Assembly (NCBI GenBank): GCA_964255285.1
Contig: CAXUUL010000066.1
Location: 1-38,706, forward strand
Origin: Ionaspis alba
Lineage: Eukaryota
DNA: 38,706 nt
Direction: 5' to 3'
Shown: piece by piece, positions 36,809 through 38,706 of the stretch
Layout: every line of letters begins with the position of its first letter
Numbering within the stretch: the stretch's first letter is position 1
Program-made: the position numbers and the translations under genes
Notes under the pieces: generated by a model
What the model was told of the DNA's origin: nothing
Databases searched by the model: none
Seen by the model: only the letters and a program-made list of their open reading frames with translations

Positions 36809-37344
36809 CTGTGGCAGAGCCGAGGTCTCGGGGTTAAGCAATTTCTCTACAATAATCGCCGAACCATTGAAACGCTGGCCAACATCAAGACTCAAATCAT
36901 TGACAGAGCAGTGCTGAACATTGGAAGGGCTCTTGGATGGGTCTTGTAGGACAACAGTGGCACATGTTTCAGCATTTTCTGATCTATACTTTTAAGACAA
37001 CAACAACGGTCCATACTTGCCTGGAGGAGGCCTCCAGGGCGTTTCCTCACCCCGTTGCGGGACGATTTGCAGATACGATGATCTCATTCCTCAAAGTGCC
37101 AGAGCTTCCCGGATGAAACCTATCAGCGGAACAATCCTGCCGTCAATCATGGCTCGGAAGCTGCTTCGGTCCGCTACGAAGACATACACTCATGGAAAAC
37201 GCATGGAAAGGTTCAAGCCCTAGTAGTGTATGACATCACCGGGAAATCTTCCGCACAATACTTCAGTTGAACTTTTCTTCACTTGCAATTCTTCAATCTC
37301 AATTTAATCGCTCTTTCCAAGAAATCCACATACTCACATCAAAC

Positions 37345-38696
37345 ATGTCTACAGACTACAAATTCCAAGGGTGGCTCGGCCTGGATAAGAGCGCTGTCGA
37401 GGGGAAAATGAAATGGCAATCATATGAGCCCAAGACATGGGAAGAGACGGACGTCGATATCAAAGTCACCCACTGCGGTATCTGCGGATCGGACTTGCAC
37501 ACCCTTCGAAGCGGCTGGAAGCCAACAGATTACCCATGCTGTGTCGGGCACGAAATAGTCGGGACAGCAGTCCGCGTTGGAAGCAAGGCAGAGGGAGGCA
37601 TCAAGTGAGTGTGCCAACTCTCATCAAGAACGTGATAGAGGAGTCGTCTAGTGCATAGCCAAGAGTCGAAATAGCTAACCGATTCCTATTCTAGAGTTGG
37701 CGACCGTGTTGGCATTGGTGCGCAGAGTTCGTCCTGCTTGAAGCCCGATTGCGAAGAGTGTGCCAACGGCCTCGAGAACCATTGCACGAATCCCGGAGCT
37801 GTTGGCACGTACGATAGCAAATACCCCGACGGCAGTAAGTCGTACGGCGGATATTCGGACTATGCTCGGGCACCATCCCATTTCGTCATCAAGATACCTG
37901 ACGGAATCCCCAGCGAGGAGGCTGCACCTATGCTTTGTGGTGGTATTACGGTGTACTCGCCACTAAAAAACAACGGCGCTGGTCCGGGAAAGAGCGTCGG
38001 TATTGTCGGCATTGGAGGATTAGGGCACTTCGGTCTGCTTTACGCAAAGGTAGGAGCCGAGGGCCGCCTCAGCATTATATTCGTGCTCATTCGCACATCT
38101 CCTAGGCCCTTGGATGCAAGGAGATCGTCGCTATAAGTCGCAGTAGCACCAAGAAGGAAGACGCGATGAAGATGGGAGCCACCAAGTTCATTGCCACGGA
38201 CGAAGACAAGGACTGGGCAAAGCACAACGCTAAATGCGTTGACTTGATCGTCAGCACCGTCTCCTCGCCGAAGATGCCTTTGACAGGATACTTCCAGCTT
38301 TTGAAGACGAAGGGTACCTTTATCCAGGTCGGAGCACCAGAAGATGCCCTCCCCGGCTTCAACTGTTTTGCCATGATTGGAAAAGGCGTGAGTCTCCCTA
38401 TGGAAACAAATTGATGAAGCGCAGACTAATGAGGATTGCTCTACCAGATCAAAATGGGCGGCTCAGCAATTGGCCCACCTGCACAGGTGAGATGATTGTT
38501 TTTAGAAGGGAAGATGCCGAGGGAGCTGACATGATGCCAGATTCGAGAAATGCTTGCCTTAACCGAGGAGAAGAAGGTTAAGCCATGGATCCAGAAGCGA
38601 CCTCTCAAGGATGCGAACCAAGCAGTGGTTGATATGAATGATGGAAAGGCACGATATAGATATGTCTTGGTCAACGAGAGCCATTCCAAGCTATAG
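37345..38696 (+). CDS. NADP-dependent zinc alcohol dehydrogenase (cinnamyl-ADH/Adh6-like); 5 exons, C-terminal SKL
   Basis: Introns 37605-37694, 38050-38105, 38388-38447 and 38487-38540. Motifs CGICGSDLH, GHEIVG, structural Zn cysteines (CLKPDCEEC...HC), APMLCGGITVYSPL, GIGGLGH and ISRS (NADP-type). Ends RYRYVLVNESHSKL*. Confidence 0.93.
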
Positions 38697-38706
38697 GTTG
38701 GATATC

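Noticed and set aside
1..38706. tRNA, rRNA, TPP riboswitch, CRISPR arrays, transposases and stwintrons
   Set aside because: No cloverleaf or T-loop context, riboswitch core, spaced repeats, transposon ORFs or nested donor pattern seen by eye. A covariance-model search was not possible.

Overview
Gene-dense, intron-rich genomic DNA from a filamentous ascomycete (Pezizomycotina-type GT-AG introns with CTRAC/CTAAC-like branch points), with one 100-N assembly gap at 12700-12799. Splicing by hand supports about 17 protein-coding genes. In order: an Osh6/7-like oxysterol-binding protein, a Hos2-like histone deacetylase, a DUF7514-like protein, an ING/Yng2-like PHD protein, a four-TM MARVEL-like protein, an amidase, a charged orphan ORF, a Zn2Cys6 transcription factor, the molybdopterin synthase small subunit (cnxG), a small spliced gene missing from the ORF track, a mitochondrial RNase II (cyt-4/DSS1-like), a GFA/Mss4-like protein, Tom6, a second Zn2Cys6 factor, and at the right end a third Zn2Cys6 factor (RhaR-like) divergent from L-rhamnonate dehydratase, followed by an NADP alcohol dehydrogenase ending in SKL. 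I saw no tRNA, rRNA, CRISPR array or recognisable transposon. Most of the window is ordinary housekeeping DNA, and I found no clearly new system. The best leads are: (i) alternative splice routes that could swap the first Cys pair of the RhaR-like zinc cluster; (ii) a rhamnose gene pair next to a PTS1-bearing ADH; (iii) a hidden ~122-aa gene; (iv) repeated C-rich to G-rich skew switches independent of gene orientation; (v) an FFAT-like tail on the Osh6/7 protein. Family assignments come from recalled motifs, not from database searches.
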